Positions 21,574-33,070 are shown, counted from the first letter of the stretch. The stretch: 64,000 nucleotides of DNA from Carpediemonas membranifera BICM (GCA_019828565.1 JAHDYR010000062.1:1312421-1376420), one strand, 5' to 3'. Program-made: numbers and translations. The notes: generated by a model not told the origin, from the letters alone.

Positions 21574-22320
21574 ATGAACCCATACTACTCAAATGGACCG
21601 CCTCCAAACCCTTATTCCGCCGCCCCACCGCCACCATCCGGTGATAACACACTCTACAACCAGTACAGCGGCTACAGTGGCCCTCAGTTCGAAGATTCAT
21701 CGAATGCCAACGCCGGATACTCTCAGTATTCATCTCAGGGCCCTTCCCAGCCACAGCAGGACGGCGCTTCCGGGTTCCAGCCTCAGTATACGTCCCAAGG
21801 GCCTCCCCCCGCTGTCCCCGGAGCCCCGGTGTACCAGCCCCCGCCCGCCCAGTACGCACCTCCACCTGCCCCACAGAACGGTGCACCCCAGTTCGCTGGC
21901 CCGTCCAGCCACTTCAGCCCCGGTGGCGAGCTTCACGATCCTGTGATGGCCCGCAAGCGCCGGTACCAGCGCACTAACGCAACGTTCCGTGGCCTCAACA
22001 TTGTCAGTACGATCATATTCACCCTAGGCATGGTGGTCTGTGTCCCAATCATGCTGATCCTCGTCTGCTTCGCCCGAATCCCTTTCACTCCCCTCTTCCT
22101 CTTCGGAGTCCCCTTCATCCCCATCGGCATAGCTGAAGCTGTCACCGAGCTGTTCACTGTCAAGTTCCTCGACAAGGGGAAGGGCAAGGCCCCTCTGTTT
22201 GTGTGTACTGGGCTGTACCAGGCTCTCGTCGGGCTGCTGTTCACCGTGCTCATGCCCATCCTCGGGCTCGTCCTCTACATCGTTGCCCTCATAGTGTTCT
22301 CGATACTCTTCGGCAACTAA
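21574..22320 (+). CDS. Pro/Gln/Tyr-rich N-terminus plus 3-4 TM membrane protein
   Basis: Low-complexity N-terminus followed by hydrophobic helices. Confidence 0.7.
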   Translation: MNPYYSNGPPPNPYSAAPPPPSGDNTLYNQYSGYSGPQFEDSSNANAGYSQYSSQGPSQPQQDGASGFQPQYTSQGPPPAVPGAPVYQPPPAQYAPPPAPQNGAPQFAGPSSHFSPGGELHDPVMARKRRYQRTNATFRGLNIVSTIIFTLGMVVCVPIMLILVCFARIPFTPLFLFGVPFIPIGIAEAVTELFTVKFLDKGKGKAPLFVCTGLYQALVGLLFTVLMPILGLVLYIVALIVFSILFGN

Positions 22321-22511
22321 GCCCGTCGGCCAAGATCAGCGATAAATGTTAGATTTGCTGTGAAAGTGAGGAACGGCGACATTCAACAAAACTAAGCGTT
22401 GCTTTTTGACCCCGAAGAACTTAATTCAAGAGCACCATCAGCCTGTGAACCACCACCCGGAGCGGCAAAATGGAAATCGCAGTTTATCGTCGAGACGATT
22501 TGTTCTGGCCG

Positions 22512-22601
22512 ATGGACGCCGATACTGTACTAATCTTCATTATCTTGGCTTTGATGATCTTCACTCTCGCCATTATGTATATTAGAAGGCCGAAGCAGTG
22601 A
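22512..22601 (+). CDS. Candidate 29-aa single-TM micropeptide (43 aa from ATG 22470)
   Basis: MDADTVLIFIILALMIFTLAIMYIRRPKQ*; preceded by the CGCAGTTTA upstream motif at 22478. Confidence 0.4.
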   Translation: MDADTVLIFIILALMIFTLAIMYIRRPKQ

Positions 22602-22916
22602 TCGCGGTGCTTTCACGCCACATATTCGCACGCACACACGAATAAACAGAATAGAATGGAGCATCAGTGCCTTTCATCGTCACATACAAGATTAGGTTGT
22701 GTCAAACTTATCCTTTTCTTTTCTGAGTGCTGCTGGTAGGAGTATCGACGCTTGAAATGTATCTCATGGGTATGTCGTGCCCCGGTCCAGAGCGGCCTCG
22801 AACTGACCATACCAAGTCAAGCGCCACTATGGCACGCCCGAGAAGATATGTCGCGTTCCGCAGTTTAAGGTAGATCGCTTCCGCGCTCAAGTCGAGTGGA
22901 CGGCGTGTGAGATTTT

Positions 22917-23585
22917 ATGAACCTTTTCCGTCTAACGATCCGTGGGAAACAAAATCGGTTGAAATTCACAGGAAGTTTGCGCTTGCAAGCGTCCAACTTC
23001 GAAGATTTCAACACACTTGCGCGGGAATTCGTCCAGGGGGAGCTGTCGCATCCCAATGTTGCCAAACACTACGCAATGCCCGACGAGCTTTGCTGGTTTG
23101 CATCCACTGCCCATGCTTTACGCAGGTACATTAGAACGAAGAAGCGAGAGGCGGTGTCCGACTTCGCCGTGCTCACACACGCTAACTTCCACGTGTTGTG
23201 CAACGCTGCCGTGCACAACTACGCCACCGTCCCTGATCCGATTGACGTGTCATGCTGCCTGACCCCATTGGACCGCGAGGCTGCTCCCAAGTCCAGCGTC
23301 CGCACCGTACCGTCGCTAGCACACAGGGCGCCCCCACCACCACAGATTGGGCACGACCAGGGTGTGCCCCAGCACCTGCCCGACACCGGAATCCTGGGTC
23401 CTGGCCTGCCAGAGTTACCGGCAACCCCAGCGCCGCCGCATCTTGGAAATCGGCCGCCAGTACTGTACAGTGCGCCGTACTTCTACGTCCCAATCGACAG
23501 CAGTGCGGTGCCGACGCTGAGGAATATTCTGGATCGGATCATGCGAGAGCAAGGGCTTGGGCTGGACGACGAGCTCTCGGTTTGA
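22917..23585 (+). CDS. Hypothetical protein
   Basis: 222-aa ORF preceded by CGCAGTTTA at 22859. Confidence 0.55.
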   Translation: MNLFRLTIRGKQNRLKFTGSLRLQASNFEDFNTLAREFVQGELSHPNVAKHYAMPDELCWFASTAHALRRYIRTKKREAVSDFAVLTHANFHVLCNAAVHNYATVPDPIDVSCCLTPLDREAAPKSSVRTVPSLAHRAPPPPQIGHDQGVPQHLPDTGILGPGLPELPATPAPPHLGNRPPVLYSAPYFYVPIDSSAVPTLRNILDRIMREQGLGLDDELSV

Positions 23586-23691
23586 GGATACAGCAGCAGA
23601 TTAAATACTCTAGATTCGGGCTGCGTGCTGTTTGAGCGGCGTGACAAGGTGTGTGAGGGCGGTGCAGGTTTGAAATCAAAAACGTCGATCG

Positions 23692-24318
23692 ATGGAAAAG
23701 ATGATGCAGGATGTGCCTGAGATGACACCTCGCACTGAAAGGAAAGTGGCTGAAGAGAAGGCCGAAGAGAAGGCCGAAGAGGAATTCAAGGCCGATGAGG
23801 CCCGATTCCTGTCCTCCCTGAAGGAGTTCAAGCAAATGGTAGAGGATTTCCCCAGCCAGATTAAGTCGTGCGACCTCTCTTCATCGTTTAAGCTCCTTGA
23901 CAGGCAGGATGATTCTGAAGAGGACAAGCTTCAGAACATTGAGCTCAACAATGCCATTATCCAAAAGAACCAGGCGCTGAGGACACATCTGACCATGCAG
24001 CAGAAGGCAGCGTACATGAAGATGCTGCAGTGTCGCCTAGCCAGCCAGCTGGACCTCATCGAGGCCCGGGCATCCAGCGCCGAGGCGGAGAAGAACTCCG
24101 AGGTCACCGCCCTTGAGGAGGAGCTCTACTCACACCATGGCGCCGCTCTCGGCACCCTCGCCAGCCATATAGCCTATGTCAGGCGGCAAATCGCGAAAGA
24201 GGACCGTAACATCGCCATGCTGGACGCCGCCGCCCAGCCCCAAGTCGTGCTGACCGAGCAGGACGCCGCCAACGTCACATTCGACTTTGATGCGGTTGGT
24301 GACGAATGGTCATTCTGA
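23692..24318 (+). CDS. Coiled-coil hypothetical protein
   Basis: 208-aa E/K/Q-rich ORF. Confidence 0.65.
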   Translation: MEKMMQDVPEMTPRTERKVAEEKAEEKAEEEFKADEARFLSSLKEFKQMVEDFPSQIKSCDLSSSFKLLDRQDDSEEDKLQNIELNNAIIQKNQALRTHLTMQQKAAYMKMLQCRLASQLDLIEARASSAEAEKNSEVTALEEELYSHHGAALGTLASHIAYVRRQIAKEDRNIAMLDAAAQPQVVLTEQDAANVTFDFDAVGDEWSF

Positions 24319-24524
24319 GTGTGATTATATCTGTTGGTTAGTTTCTCGTAAAGGCGCTCGTCTTCCACGATATATGCCGTGTAGGACCGTCTCCTCAAGA
24401 GACAGGGCACTCGGCCGACACTGGCCGACACCAAGACGACCGTACCCATCTGACACTACGTGTTGACCGTAGGAGACTTTGACATTGACGACGATGACAC
24501 GGCTGTCACGTTCGGCAGTCGAAG

Positions 24525-24980
24525 ATGGAGAACCAAAACGAAGCTCCGGATCCATCCATCGTCCTACCGGTCTGTGTGGATTGCCAACCGCACAAACGAC
24601 GGACTCCAAACGTGGACGAAGGCCTGGTGGATCCCGCGAGCAACTTGAAGGACGATTTGTACAAAACTGAGCTTTGCCATCACTTTATGGAGTTTGGCTT
24701 CTGCAAGTACGGATCGCGGTGCTGTTTCGCGCACTCAGAGGCAGAGCTCCGGCCCAAGCCGAAGACGTATCAGAAGCACGACAAGATCCCCTGCATGGCC
24801 TACCACAACGAGGGCTACTGCCCGTACGGCGAACGATGCCGGTTCCAGCACAGCCCCAAGTCACCCAAGGTGTTCCTGACCTTCCTTCAGCACGTCAAGG
24901 TGTCCGACGACGGCGATGAGATCATCACCAGCGAGGAGGTGTTCATCGAGGACATGGGGTCCGTTAACCCAGAGGCTTAA
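24525..24980 (+). CDS. Tandem CCCH zinc-finger protein (TIS11/ZFP36-like)
   Basis: LYKTELC-x8-C-x5-C-x3-H and a second Cx8Cx5Cx3H finger. Confidence 0.9.
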   Translation: MENQNEAPDPSIVLPVCVDCQPHKRRTPNVDEGLVDPASNLKDDLYKTELCHHFMEFGFCKYGSRCCFAHSEAELRPKPKTYQKHDKIPCMAYHNEGYCPYGERCRFQHSPKSPKVFLTFLQHVKVSDDGDEIITSEEVFIEDMGSVNPEA

Positions 24981-25311
24981 TCTGTTATATACACATAAAT
25001 GCTACTTTATCGGGGGACTGGGACGATGAGGATCGAGAGAGAGGCGATGATTATGAGGTGTGTTTCTATAGTATACCCACCAGCTGCATCTCCCATCGCT
25101 CTCAGCTCTCGACCTCACCACAGAGTCACCTGTTCCAATTGACCGACTGTCCCACCAGTCAACCCGGGGCAGTCGGTAACAATAAGTGAAGTCGAACCCA
25201 TGGCACAGGGACCAGTCGTGATGTCTGACAGCCCTGTATGTCTCCAGTTGTCACCCCACAATGCCGGTTCGCGCAGGATAGGTCCTATTCGATTGAACAT
25301 CAGCTGAACAC

Positions 25312-26286
25312 ATGAGAATCGGCTTCTACACCTTTGCTATCTTATTACTGTTCGTTACTTTCGTTGTTGCCATGGGCTCCGAAGAGATCTTGGACCAGAG
25401 GCCCGTCATTGGCATTCTCGCCGGGCCAACGATGAAACCGTACATCCCGAAGGGCAGCTGCGGTTTGCCTGCATCCTACGTCAAGTGGACGGAGGCTTCT
25501 GGTGCCCGTGTGGTTCCTGTTCCATACAATTTAGCCAAGAATGAGCTCCTCTTCATCCTCCACCGCGTCAACGGCGTTCTTCTCCCCGGTGGCCCCGGGA
25601 AGCCGCAGATCAAGCCCGACACGGATTACATGGCCACGGTGCGGTACATTCTCGACTTCGCCCTCGAGTCAAATCGTGTTGGCCGCCCCTTTGCCCTCCA
25701 CGCCACATGCCTCGGGTTCGAGGCGCTCTCAGTCATCATCAGTGACGACAACAACGTCTTGTTCGAGACCGACGCGGCCAACATGACGTCCCGCCTGATC
25801 GATGTCAACATGGCCAAGTCCAAGATGCTGAGTGACCCCTGGCTTCAGGAGAAGTACACGCAGCACGACATTGCCCCAAACTACCACCACTATGGCGTCC
25901 GGCCGCACGTGTTTGAGACGGGGCCGTGGAAGGACTACATGCTCGTCGCCACCGAGAAGGATCTCTCTGGCAACACATTCGTGGCCGTGTTCGAGCACAA
26001 GAGCTTCCCCATCTTCGCCACGCAGTTCCACCCGGAGAAGCCCGCCTTCGAGTGGGGTCCTGTGTATTCGGCGACGTCGCACCAGATGATCGCCGTCGAG
26101 GCCGGGCAGCGCCTCGCCAACAACCTCGTTTCCTATTCCCGGACCTCCCTCAACAGATTCGAGTCGCCCGAGCTGCTTAGACAGCTGCTGATCTACAACT
26201 ACAACCCGCTCTTCACCTACCTCGATACGTACCACTTTGAGCAGACATATTTCTTCAACAACTCGAACTGGATCGCTAAATTGTGA
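25312..26286 (+). CDS. GGH: Gamma-glutamyl hydrolase (peptidase C26), secreted/lysosomal
   Basis: Signal peptide, RPVIGIL, ASYVKW, NGVLLPGG, TCLGFE, TQFHPEKPAFEW. Confidence 0.93.
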   Translation: MRIGFYTFAILLLFVTFVVAMGSEEILDQRPVIGILAGPTMKPYIPKGSCGLPASYVKWTEASGARVVPVPYNLAKNELLFILHRVNGVLLPGGPGKPQIKPDTDYMATVRYILDFALESNRVGRPFALHATCLGFEALSVIISDDNNVLFETDAANMTSRLIDVNMAKSKMLSDPWLQEKYTQHDIAPNYHHYGVRPHVFETGPWKDYMLVATEKDLSGNTFVAVFEHKSFPIFATQFHPEKPAFEWGPVYSATSHQMIAVEAGQRLANNLVSYSRTSLNRFESPELLRQLLIYNYNPLFTYLDTYHFEQTYFFNNSNWIAKL

Positions 26287-26645
26287 GGAGCTTGAATTTT
26301 GTAGCGTTACTCTGATTCCGTTTATTAAGGTTCGCACGAGACTTCGCAGTGAGGTGACATAAGCTGCACTCACGCACCGACCTCACCTCTACAATTTGCT
26401 TTGTCAGTGTTAGTGGATCTCAGTTGCACCCCAAGATTAGCACATGCCGATTGCTGAATGAGTAGATCCCCACCTATGCCCGTTCAGCCGTCGTCTCTCC
26501 CTAGTCCGACCTGCTCGTCAGCTCAGTGTCCGGGCATCGATGGTCAGAGTGGTTTGGGTGGGGTATATAAATCGGGCTATATAAATCAAATCCAACTTCT
26601 GAGAGATCTTCTCCGTCAGCATGATGTCACCTCACAGCACCAACT

Positions 26646-27731
26646 ATGTGTGAAATTAGTGGAATTAATCGGTTGCAAGGACAGTTGAACCAGTATGCGT
26701 TCTCCCCGACCTCTTCCTCGTGCACAAGCGGCCTCTCGCTGCTGTACACGCTCCTCTTGCTCTTCACGTCGGTGGAAGAAACCTCCCCTGTCTACCTCAA
26801 CCTCAGCGAGGTTCTCAACTTCAACGAACTATCACTCGAAGCCTTCAAATCACTCCTCAAAAACCTTGGCGATGCCGAGCTACAAACCTCTGCCAGCGCA
26901 TTCCTACGCGCGTACAACAACCGAGACCCCGCCATCGAGGCGATACAGCAGACGTACCTCCACTCGCACACCCGGCCGCTGACGACCGCCAGTGCGATCA
27001 ACCAGTGGGCGTCGGAGCACACCAACGGGACAATCACAGAGATACTCACAGGCGAGCTCAGCAGAGGCACAGAGGCCGTTTTGATCAGTGCGCTGTACTT
27101 CAAGGCCAAGTGGCAGCATGAGTTCGACCCAACAATGACGGCAGCAATGCCGTTCACCCTGCTCGACGGGGCAGAGAAGGACGTGCCGACCATGAACATG
27201 CCCCGGACATCAAGGGCGGTGTGGAACTCTGCGGTCTCCACTGGTTTCGTTAATGAGTACGCCGGCTCGGCTGACGGCCTCATTGCACTGTTCAGCCTCC
27301 CCAAGGAGTCGGGCGAGGCAGGGCTGCGAGCCTCCCTTGCTGAACTCACCACACGGTTCCCTGAGCGTGGCACCCATTCCACGAGCATCAACCTCAGCCT
27401 GCCGAAATTCGCCATCGACTCCTCGATGCCGCTGGACGCCTTCCTGCAACAGCTCGGGCTGGGCGCCATGTACCAGACATTCCAGTTCGCAGCGGAGACG
27501 TCCAAACCCTTCGTCAGCGTCGGCACGGTGCTCCAGGGTACCCACCTCGTGGTCGACGAGCAAGGCACCGAGGCCTCCGCAGTCACTGCAATGGTCGTGC
27601 GGAGATCCTACGACCCAACTCTGTACACTGACCTGGCGTTCGATCGCCCATTCGCCTTTGCCCTGGTCGAGAAGGCCACCGGCACCCGGATTGTGACGGC
27701 AGCGATAGTCGACCCACTCGCCGTCGAGTGA
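26646..27731 (+). CDS. Serpin (inhibitory-type hinge)
   Basis: FSP, INQWASEHTNGTI, LISALYFKAKW, LPKF, DEQGTEASAVT hinge, FDRPFAF. Confidence 0.92.
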   Translation: MCEISGINRLQGQLNQYAFSPTSSSCTSGLSLLYTLLLLFTSVEETSPVYLNLSEVLNFNELSLEAFKSLLKNLGDAELQTSASAFLRAYNNRDPAIEAIQQTYLHSHTRPLTTASAINQWASEHTNGTITEILTGELSRGTEAVLISALYFKAKWQHEFDPTMTAAMPFTLLDGAEKDVPTMNMPRTSRAVWNSAVSTGFVNEYAGSADGLIALFSLPKESGEAGLRASLAELTTRFPERGTHSTSINLSLPKFAIDSSMPLDAFLQQLGLGAMYQTFQFAAETSKPFVSVGTVLQGTHLVVDEQGTEASAVTAMVVRRSYDPTLYTDLAFDRPFAFALVEKATGTRIVTAAIVDPLAVE

Positions 27732-28121
27732 TGGTAAACGACAATAATGCAGTGCTGTACGTTCAGAGTATTTCCTTGACATGTTTGAAGCCGTTCATCT
27801 CGCGCTGGCACCATACAATTGGTGGTCGACGTTGTGGTAGTGTCAAAAGGGAGAACCGCGAGATGTATATACTGTTTCCATGGTTTATAGCGAGGTGCTG
27901 CTTCGCAGTACCAGCTGCTCCGACCGTCTGGACCAGCCGACTCCCTGGTCGTCTTGCAGGTTGGCCAGAGAACGGGGGCGACCTAACTCACCATCCCACT
28001 GCATTAGCCGGTCTACGCGGTGCGGTAGGCCAGTGTACATCCCCGTTTGGGGTCCGACAATGGTTGACTCGCCGAAAGTCGATTCATCCGGCGTAACATT
28101 ACTTGAAGACAGAACGCGCAG

Positions 28122-29947
28122 ATGGTTCACTCAGACGAGCAAGAATCGTCTGTTGCTGACGAATTTGCTTTTTTGCTTACCACAGACAATCATCTTGGCG
28201 TTCACGAAGGTTCTGCGCTGTATCAGGCACAAGTTGACGATTCCTTCATCGTCTTCGAGGAGATCATGTCTATGGCTGCACAACACAACGTGGATGCGAT
28301 CCTTCATTCCGGGGACATGTTCAACGACGCCTCTCCATCCAAAGAGACGCTCAATCGGACCGCAGAGATCTTCTCGGGCGGTGTTCGGGGCCAAGCCCGT
28401 CTCCTTCACCATGCACTCGAACCCGGACGAAGTATTCGGCCCCGGCATCACCGCCAACTTCCACGACCCGAACCACTGTCTCAGTGCCGATGTTCGCCAT
28501 CCACAGCAACCACGACGCCCCCACCGGAGTAGGACAGATTGCAGCCATGGACATCCTCTCCAGTGGCCGCTGGCTCAACTACATCGGCAAGACCAACCCC
28601 GTGGACGAGATCCACGTCCGGCCCGTGCTCCTGCACAGGGGAGCCGTCCGCGTCGCAGTTTACGGCCTCGGGTACATCCACGAGCGCAAGCTGCATGAAC
28701 TGATGGCCAACGGGAAGGTGGTCTGGGACCCCCCGCCGTCGCCCGGCCACGTCTGCGTGCTCCTCGTCCACCAGAACCGCCGGGCCCGCAAGGCCAAGTG
28801 GTTCCTGGACCCGGCCCACATCCCGCCCTTCACAGACGTCGTGCTGTGGGGCCACGAGCACGACTGCACCTGTCTGCAGACCGTAGAGACGCTGAAGCTG
28901 CCACAGGGCGGGCGGACGGCGTTCTTGCTCCAGCTGGGGTCGTCCGTCGCGACGTCGCTGTCAGAGGCCGAGGCGGGGCCCAAGGTCGCGGCCATCTTCA
29001 GGGTCCGCATGAGGGACGGCGAGCCCGAGGTCAAGCTCGACGTCCACCGGCTCCGCTGCGTCCGTCCCGTCGTCTTCTCTGAGCTGGCCATCCCCACAGG
29101 CATCACGGAGGCCGCGGCGGTGACCATGGTGGGGGAGACGCTCGAGCGGATGTCCCGGCAGGCCAGCAAGGAGGTCGACCCCCGTACGACCGTGCCGCTA
29201 CTGAGGCTCAGGGTGCGACACGACGCCAGCAGGATAGCCGACAACTACGGCCCGATCGTGGCCGAGCTGGCCGGCCGGGGTCTGCTGATCAACCCCCACA
29301 ACGCCATCCTGAAGAGCGTCAAGCGGGGCACGACCAAGGACTCCAAGGACAGCGGCCTCATCTCCGCGGACGAGCCCAAGCTCGAGTACGTGCTGCTGAG
29401 GCGTCTCGTCGGCCGGGGCCGGCCGGAGGAGTGTCAGATGAAGCTCGTCCCCGCCTCGATGCTGCTCGAGCGGCACGAGGTCTTCATGAGCGCCCGGGGC
29501 AACCTCGCTGAGCTCGTGCTCAAGCTGGTCGACGAGACCACGGAGGCCATGCGGGAGCGGCTGGACGCCCTGGGCCTGAGGGATGTTGGGGCCCGGGCGC
29601 CGGAGGCCAAGGCCCATGTCGTCGAGGTCGACTCGAGGGCCGCGGAGGTCGGCGAGGACGTCGTTCGGGCAGAGGACGCCGAGGCCATAGTGGAGGGCGG
29701 TGCGGACGATGATGCCCCCGCCCCCGCCCCCAGGACCAGGGTCAGGGTGGGGCGGAGGGAAGAGGTGAAGGCGCCCAAGGCCAAGGGCACCCAGTCTGTG
29801 CCGCAGGTCGGGTCAGACTCAGAGGCGACGCCCGTGAAGCGGAAGGCAACACCGACGCGGACCTCCAAGCGGATCGCCATGAGCGGGCAAGGTAAGAAGC
29901 TGCCTGCCCTGACCAGCCCGGACTGGGACGAGGAGCTGCTCGGGTGA
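28122..29947 (+). CDS. MRE11: Double-strand break repair nuclease MRE11 (two apparent 2-nt frameshifts near 28373 and 28475)
   Basis: Phosphoesterase motifs TDNHLG, GDMF, IHSNHD, VHQN, WGHEH, LGSSVATSLSEAEA spread over three consecutive frames. Confidence 0.88.
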
Positions 29948-30016
29948 GGCCGCAGCGGGGCTATGTAGCTCCCCAGATGTGTCTGCGAGATTGAATCCTG
30001 CGTGGACACTTCTTTT

Positions 30017-30025
30017 CGCAGTTTA
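30017..30025 (+). promoter_or_regulatory. Recurrent upstream motif (C/T)GCA(G/C)TTTA, representative copy
   Basis: Seen ~30-60 nt before the ATGs of RPB9 (18627), EFL1 (30017), PDI (44430), DBP7 (51007), ORF 22917 (22859) and kinesin (12586-12579, minus strand). Confidence 0.55.
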
Positions 30026-30061
30026 TGCCAAAGAAGATTGGCTGAAGCAACGTAACGAGGG

Positions 30062-32707
30062 ATGCTCAAGCAAGTTCCAGTAAGATTTGGGCAGCAAAAG
30101 AAACCAGATGACATCAGGAATATCTGTATCATTGCGCACGTTGACCATGGCAAGTCTACGCTCACAGACAGCCTTATCTCGGCCAACGGGCTGATGTCAG
30201 CCGGTATGGCCGGTGAGCTGCGTTACATGGACAACAGGCCCGACGAGCAGGACCGCGGGATCACGATGAAGTCCTCAGGCATCTCACTCTTCTACCACAA
30301 GCGGACGCCAGGGTCAGATGACGCCCAGACGTTCATGTTCAACGTAGTGGACTCCCCCGGCCACGTCGACTTCTCCTCTGAGGTCTCTGCCGCGATCCGT
30401 GTGGCCGACGGCGCGCTCGTGGTGGTCGACGCGGTGGAGGGGCTATGTGTCCAGACCGAGGCCGTGCTGCGGCAGGCGGTGAACGAAAAGCTGGCGCTGA
30501 CCCTCTTCATCAACAAGATTGACCGGCTGATCACGGAGCTCGACATGGGTCCTGACGAGATCCAGCTGCAGCTGAGGAAGGTCGTCCAGTCCGTGAACGC
30601 CTACCTCGTCCCCCTCATTCGGGCACACCCGGACGACACGGTCGAGGCCAACGACGTCTTCGACCCCGAGAAGGGCAACGTCCTGTTCGGGTCTGCCATC
30701 CACGGCTGGGCGTTCTCCATCCCGTCCATGGCCGAGATGTGGGCCAGACGCATGGGGTTCTCCGCGGCGGTGCTGCAGAAGGTGTTGTGGGGCGACTACT
30801 CGTTCAATAAGCAAAAGAAGGTCGTCAAGAAACCAGGGGCCAAGACGCTGTTCGAGACTCTTGTCCTCGGGCCAATCTTTGAGATTTATGACTCAATCAA
30901 GAGCGGGGATACGGATCAGATCATCAAGATCACAACTCGGCTCGGAGTCAAAGTCGGATCGAAAGAATTCGGGTCTGCCGGCCTGACGAAGCGGGTGATG
31001 AGCCGATTCCTCCCGCTGGCCATGACGGTCTTCCCCACCCTATTGGAGACCGTGCCCGCGGCGAACCAGCTGAGCCCCGACCGCATCGAGCACCTCTTAG
31101 GCTCTGAGAACGTCGGGCCGGACGTCACTGGGCTCGGGCACCACTTCGCCCGGTGTGACCCCGAGGACCCGACCGTGGTGGCGTATGCGGCCAAGCTCTT
31201 CGTCCACGGCCGGGACATCGACCTGGGGGAGTCCGTGCTCGACCGGATCCGGAAGTTCGAGCTCCGGGAGTCCGCGGACTACGCCGGTGACAAGGCCTCG
31301 GCCGACTCCAGCGAGCGGCACATGGCCTTCGTCCGCGTGTTCAGCGGCACTCTCCGTGTCGGACAGACCCTGTTCTCCACGGGCCACCACCTGCCCGAGC
31401 CCACGGAGGTCAGGGTCGGCGGGCTCTTCGCCATGATGGGCAAGGACGTCGTCCCCGTCCAGGCGGTCCCGGCAGGCCTCGTGTGCGGCGTCACGGGCAT
31501 CTCCCACGCGGTGTTCAAGGCGGCGACCCTCGCCTCGAGCCCGGTTGCCCCCCTCACCCCGCCCCCGGTCATGTCCTTCCCAGTAATCAGGGTCGCCATC
31601 GAGCCTGCCCAGGCCGGGGACGCCGCGGAGGTCAAGGACGTCCTGGAGAAGCTCCAGAGGGCCGACCCCACCGTGCAGGTTAAGTTCGAGCCATCCGGCG
31701 AGATGGTCATTGTAGCGAGCGGAGAGGTGCACCTCGGACAGTGTCTCGACGACGTCCGCAGGGCTATGGGCATGAAGGCCGTGCTGGCATCTGATCCCAT
31801 TGTGCAGTTTAGGGAGAGTCTGGCGGCCGAGGCGACGTACCAGGAGGCCGTCCTGGAGCACGAGGCGGTGTCTTTCAGGATACAGCTGGGGCCTCTCGAC
31901 AGTGCCGCCATCCAGACCCTCGAGAAGTTCAAGGCGAGGTGCGACGCCCTCGACGCGCCCTCCGTCTTCCACGCGGGCACGGGCACGACCAACCCGCTGC
32001 CCGATTACCAGGGCAAGCCCGTCATCGCCGTCGGGCCCCAGGGCTGCGGCACGTGCGTGCTGACGAGCGACGTCCCCGCCCCCGCGGGACTGGTGAAGGG
32101 CTTCCTGGCGGCGACGTACCAGGGCCCCGTGTGCCAGGAGAGCATGCACGGCGTCCACGTCCACCTGGCCTCCTTCTCCTGCGACGACGAGGAGGCCATG
32201 ACGGGCGCTCTCGTCGGGGCGTTCGGCCAGGCCATCCGCCGCGCCTTCATGGACCACCGCGACCAGGGGACGATCCGACTCATGGAGCCCATCTACGAGT
32301 GCGGCGTCGTCACCTCCCAGACCCATCTCGGCGGTGTCCACACCGTGCTGGCCAAGCGGCGGGCTGTGGTGGAGTTCGAGGACATGCTCCCCGGCACGAT
32401 GGACTTCACCGTCCGGGCGGCCCTGCCCGTGGCCGAGTCCTTCGGGTTCACGACAGAGCTCCGCACCAGGACGTCTGGGGCTGCGATGCCACAGCTGATG
32501 TACCGCGGCTACAAGGTGCTGGACGAGGACCCCTACAAGAAGGCCACCGAGGACGAGCTCGAGGAGTGGGGCGAGGAGGGCTTCGAGGGCCTCGTCAACA
32601 CCGCAAGGAGGTACGTCAACAGCACCAGACGTAGGAAGGGGTTGTTCGTTGAGGAGGTGCTCGTCGAGGACGCCACCAAGCAGCGCACCATAGCCAGGAA
32701 GAAGTAA
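30062..32707 (+). CDS. EFL1: EF-2-like ribosome biogenesis GTPase EFL1/Ria1
   Basis: AHVDHGKSTLTD, RGITMKSS, DSPGHVDFSSEV, NKID, C-terminal RRRKGL...ATKQRTI. Confidence 0.92.
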   Translation: MLKQVPVRFGQQKKPDDIRNICIIAHVDHGKSTLTDSLISANGLMSAGMAGELRYMDNRPDEQDRGITMKSSGISLFYHKRTPGSDDAQTFMFNVVDSPGHVDFSSEVSAAIRVADGALVVVDAVEGLCVQTEAVLRQAVNEKLALTLFINKIDRLITELDMGPDEIQLQLRKVVQSVNAYLVPLIRAHPDDTVEANDVFDPEKGNVLFGSAIHGWAFSIPSMAEMWARRMGFSAAVLQKVLWGDYSFNKQKKVVKKPGAKTLFETLVLGPIFEIYDSIKSGDTDQIIKITTRLGVKVGSKEFGSAGLTKRVMSRFLPLAMTVFPTLLETVPAANQLSPDRIEHLLGSENVGPDVTGLGHHFARCDPEDPTVVAYAAKLFVHGRDIDLGESVLDRIRKFELRESADYAGDKASADSSERHMAFVRVFSGTLRVGQTLFSTGHHLPEPTEVRVGGLFAMMGKDVVPVQAVPAGLVCGVTGISHAVFKAATLASSPVAPLTPPPVMSFPVIRVAIEPAQAGDAAEVKDVLEKLQRADPTVQVKFEPSGEMVIVASGEVHLGQCLDDVRRAMGMKAVLASDPIVQFRESLAAEATYQEAVLEHEAVSFRIQLGPLDSAAIQTLEKFKARCDALDAPSVFHAGTGTTNPLPDYQGKPVIAVGPQGCGTCVLTSDVPAPAGLVKGFLAATYQGPVCQESMHGVHVHLASFSCDDEEAMTGALVGAFGQAIRRAFMDHRDQGTIRLMEPIYECGVVTSQTHLGGVHTVLAKRRAVVEFEDMLPGTMDFTVRAALPVAESFGFTTELRTRTSGAAMPQLMYRGYKVLDEDPYKKATEDELEEWGEEGFEGLVNTARRYVNSTRRRKGLFVEEVLVEDATKQRTIARKK

Positions 32708-33070
32708 ACATCCGGATTGAGTAGGATTGAGTGGTGCGGATTTTAATACTTGTTTTCACTGCATAAACCCAGTGACGTATGAGGCACCCGGGATGTGGGT
32801 CTGGGAAGCATTGGCGGCCCATATCTGACCCACTCTGGATGGCCTCCATGTGGGCAGCGGCCATAGCCGACTCGAATTGGCGTTTGGCGTTTGTATAGTT
32901 TAATGCCTATTGATTGAACCACTCAATGCTAATGGCGCACGAGACCACAACCAGGCTCCAGCGGGCTACAGATTCGTCCTGTAACGCCATTGCAGAGTGG
33001 TGACCGCTTGACTGACCCTCCCCGACCAATCGTGACCGTTCCTTAACGTGCACTTTTCACATTCGCACGG

